A DNA stretch of 64,000 bases, from NCBI GenBank assembly GCA_041736875.1, contig JBGSSV010000194.1:1993-65992 (forward strand), written 5' to 3'. Source of the DNA: Chthoniobacterales bacterium. Its GTDB lineage: Bacteria > Verrucomicrobiota > Verrucomicrobiia > Chthoniobacterales > JACTMZ01. The notes beneath the pieces are model-generated. The model saw only the letters and a program-made list of their open reading frames with translations. It made no database searches and was not told the DNA's origin. Below, piece after piece: positions 62,646 through 64,000 of this stretch. Numbering within the stretch: position 1 is the stretch's first letter; every line of letters begins with the position of its first letter. The position numbers and the translations under genes are program-made.

Positions 62646-64000
62646 ATGATGCCCCCTAAGAGTCTCCGTCGCTTCCTTCCGCTGACCGTGATGGTTACGC
62701 TCGGCCTCACTCCCGGTTCGGCCGCGGAGGATCCGGCGCTGAGCGAGCAGCCGATTGCGGTGAACCAGGTGGGGTATGAAACCGTCAACCCGAAGCGATT
62801 CACGGCGCCGAAAGCAGCGGACGGAACGCGATTTTCGATTCGACCAGCAGCTGGAGGAGACGCCTTGTTTCAAGGGGAGATCCGGGGAAACATCGGCGAT
62901 TTCTCGGGGTTCAAGCCGGAGGATTCGACGGGGCGGTTTGTGGTGGAATTGGAGGGCGCAACGAAGGCCACGAGTGATCCGTTTTTGATTCGTTCGGACC
63001 TGTTTCGCGAGCAGTTCTGGCAGGCGGCGGTGGATTTTCTCATTGATGCACGGTCGGCGGTCGGAAGCCACCCGAGTGCTTTTGGCGGATGTCCGTGGCG
63101 CGATGGAACCTACTACGATGCGATCATTCCGGCGCTGGTCATGTTCTACCTCGCCGATCCAGAAGGCGTGAAGGCCATGCCAAGGCAATTGGATTGGGCG
63201 GCGGACAAGAAGCGCGTAACGGCTCCGGATTTTACCTTCATCGACAAGGACCCCGGCGGGAAGGGTTTCCTGGATGCCGTGAAGGCCTACTACGAACTCG
63301 AACCACCCGGCGCCGATGCGCCCGACGTGGTGAAGCTGATCCATTGGGGCGCAGGCATGTATCTCGTCAATCCCAACACCCAGGACATCATGGGAGATCC
63401 CGCCAAGCTGGGAATCCACCAGCAGACCGTGGAGCAGATGGCTTACGTGATTTGGGCGTGGCCGGTGCTCAAACAATGGCTGCCCCAGTCGTTCCACAAC
63501 CAAGTCCGTGACTTTGTTTTCGCGAACTGGAGCCCTTCCCTCGAGATCAGCCGGTGGTGGGACCCCAAAACCTACCTCACCCCCGAGGATCTCACCGAAA
63601 AGAATCCGATGGGAGGCTTATTGCATCCCTTCAAAGGACGGCACGCGCCGGGTCACTCCATCGTCCCTAATCTGCTCATGCATGAAGTCGCCAAGCGCGA
63701 GGCTCGCGGTGATGCCGCGAGCTATCTTCAGGCCGCCGTGAAGCAGGCCGAGTGGTGCGTGAAGCATCTCGATTGGAACGATCCCCGCACCACCAAGGGC
63801 CACCGCATGAGCGAGCACCGCACCATTCCCAATCTCGTTTGGCTGCTGCAAAAGTATCCGGACCAAGCCCCCGCTGGACTGAAGGAGAAAATCAACGAAT
63901 GGGTGGATGTCGCGCTCAGCGGCACGGAAAACCTCTGGGACTACCGCCGCTACGATAGGGAGAATCACTGGTCGATCCCCAAGGTCAACGACGTCGGCAA
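62646..64000 (+). CDS. secreted putative (alpha/alpha)6-type glycoside hydrolase with GH9-like N-terminal Ig domain (3' end outside the window; ORF absent from the supplied track)
   Basis: My own translation from ATG 62646 is open to the window end. It reads MMPPKSLRRFLPLTVMVTLGLTPGSAAEDP..IAVNQVGYETVNPKRFTAP..DPFLIRSDLFREQFWQAAVDFLIDARS..CPWRDGTYYDAIIPALVMFYLADPEG...HRMSEHRTIPNLVWLLQKYPD. VNQVGY followed by K.FT is the usual start of the CelD-type Ig domain. The family is not confirmed. Confidence 0.6.
   Translation, partial: MMPPKSLRRFLPLTVMVTLGLTPGSAAEDPALSEQPIAVNQVGYETVNPKRFTAPKAADGTRFSIRPAAGGDALFQGEIRGNIGDFSGFKPEDSTGRFVVELEGATKATSDPFLIRSDLFREQFWQAAVDFLIDARSAVGSHPSAFGGCPWRDGTYYDAIIPALVMFYLADPEGVKAMPRQLDWAADKKRVTAPDFTFIDKDPGGKGFLDAVKAYYELEPPGADAPDVVKLIHWGAGMYLVNPNTQDIMGDPAKLGIHQQTVEQMAYVIWAWPVLKQWLPQSFHNQVRDFVFANWSPSLEISRWWDPKTYLTPEDLTEKNPMGGLLHPFKGRHAPGHSIVPNLLMHEVAKREARGDAASYLQAAVKQAEWCVKHLDWNDPRTTKGHRMSEHRTIPNLVWLLQKYPDQAPAGLKEKINEWVDVALSGTENLWDYRRYDRENHWSIPKVNDVG

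Noticed and set aside
62337-63503. A 388-aa minus-strand ORF and the 63089..63511 plus-strand ORF.
   Set aside because: Both overlap the much better open-ended plus-strand frame starting at 62646, and neither has protein-like sequence.
1-64000. Search for tRNA, rRNA, CRISPR arrays, toxin-antitoxin pairs, defence genes and prophage genes.
   Set aside because: I recognised none by eye. Intergenic space is small and every large ORF has a carbohydrate-metabolism or surface-protein reading. A covariance-model scan would be needed to exclude small RNAs.

Overview
The window is high in G+C (judged by eye, not computed) and almost fully coding. It most likely comes from a PVC-type glycan degrader resembling Verrucomicrobiota. 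Supporting features are a PEP-CTERM tail, autotransporter-associated beta-strand repeat giants, a prepilin-type N-methylation protein, Tat signals, and many fucosidases and sulfatases. I found no rRNA, tRNA or CRISPR array. The layout has six parts. (1) 1-8087, plus strand: an operon of GH29 fucosidase, a GH95-like hydrolase, a beta-helix protein and an O-acetylesterase. (2) 8260-21343, minus strand: LacI regulator, LamG-like lectin, pseudopilin-like protein, a 1343-aa PEP-CTERM giant, a Calx-beta/FN3/SGNH esterase and an 1146-aa giant. This is my best candidate for an undescribed surface glycan-capture system. (3) 21.5-23.0 kb: a decay scar made of an IS1380-like transposase remnant fused to a truncated GH71/99-like pseudogene. 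(4) 23296-30086, plus strand: a GH29 gene and a 1730-aa multidomain protein containing six 279-bp tandem repeats. (5) 57312 down to 30273, minus strand: a 27-kb array of 15 tightly packed genes. It includes a tandem double glycosidase, a GPH symporter, a GH112 phosphorylase with galT and galE, GH43/GH35/GH29/GH31 enzymes, an orphan ABC binding protein and a PA14-sulfatase. (6) 57475-64000, plus strand: a tandem double sulfatase, two Tat-signal GH128-like paralogs, a GH29 remnant, and an open-ended ORF missing from the supplied track. Family calls rest on motifs I recognise in the translations. No searches were run.
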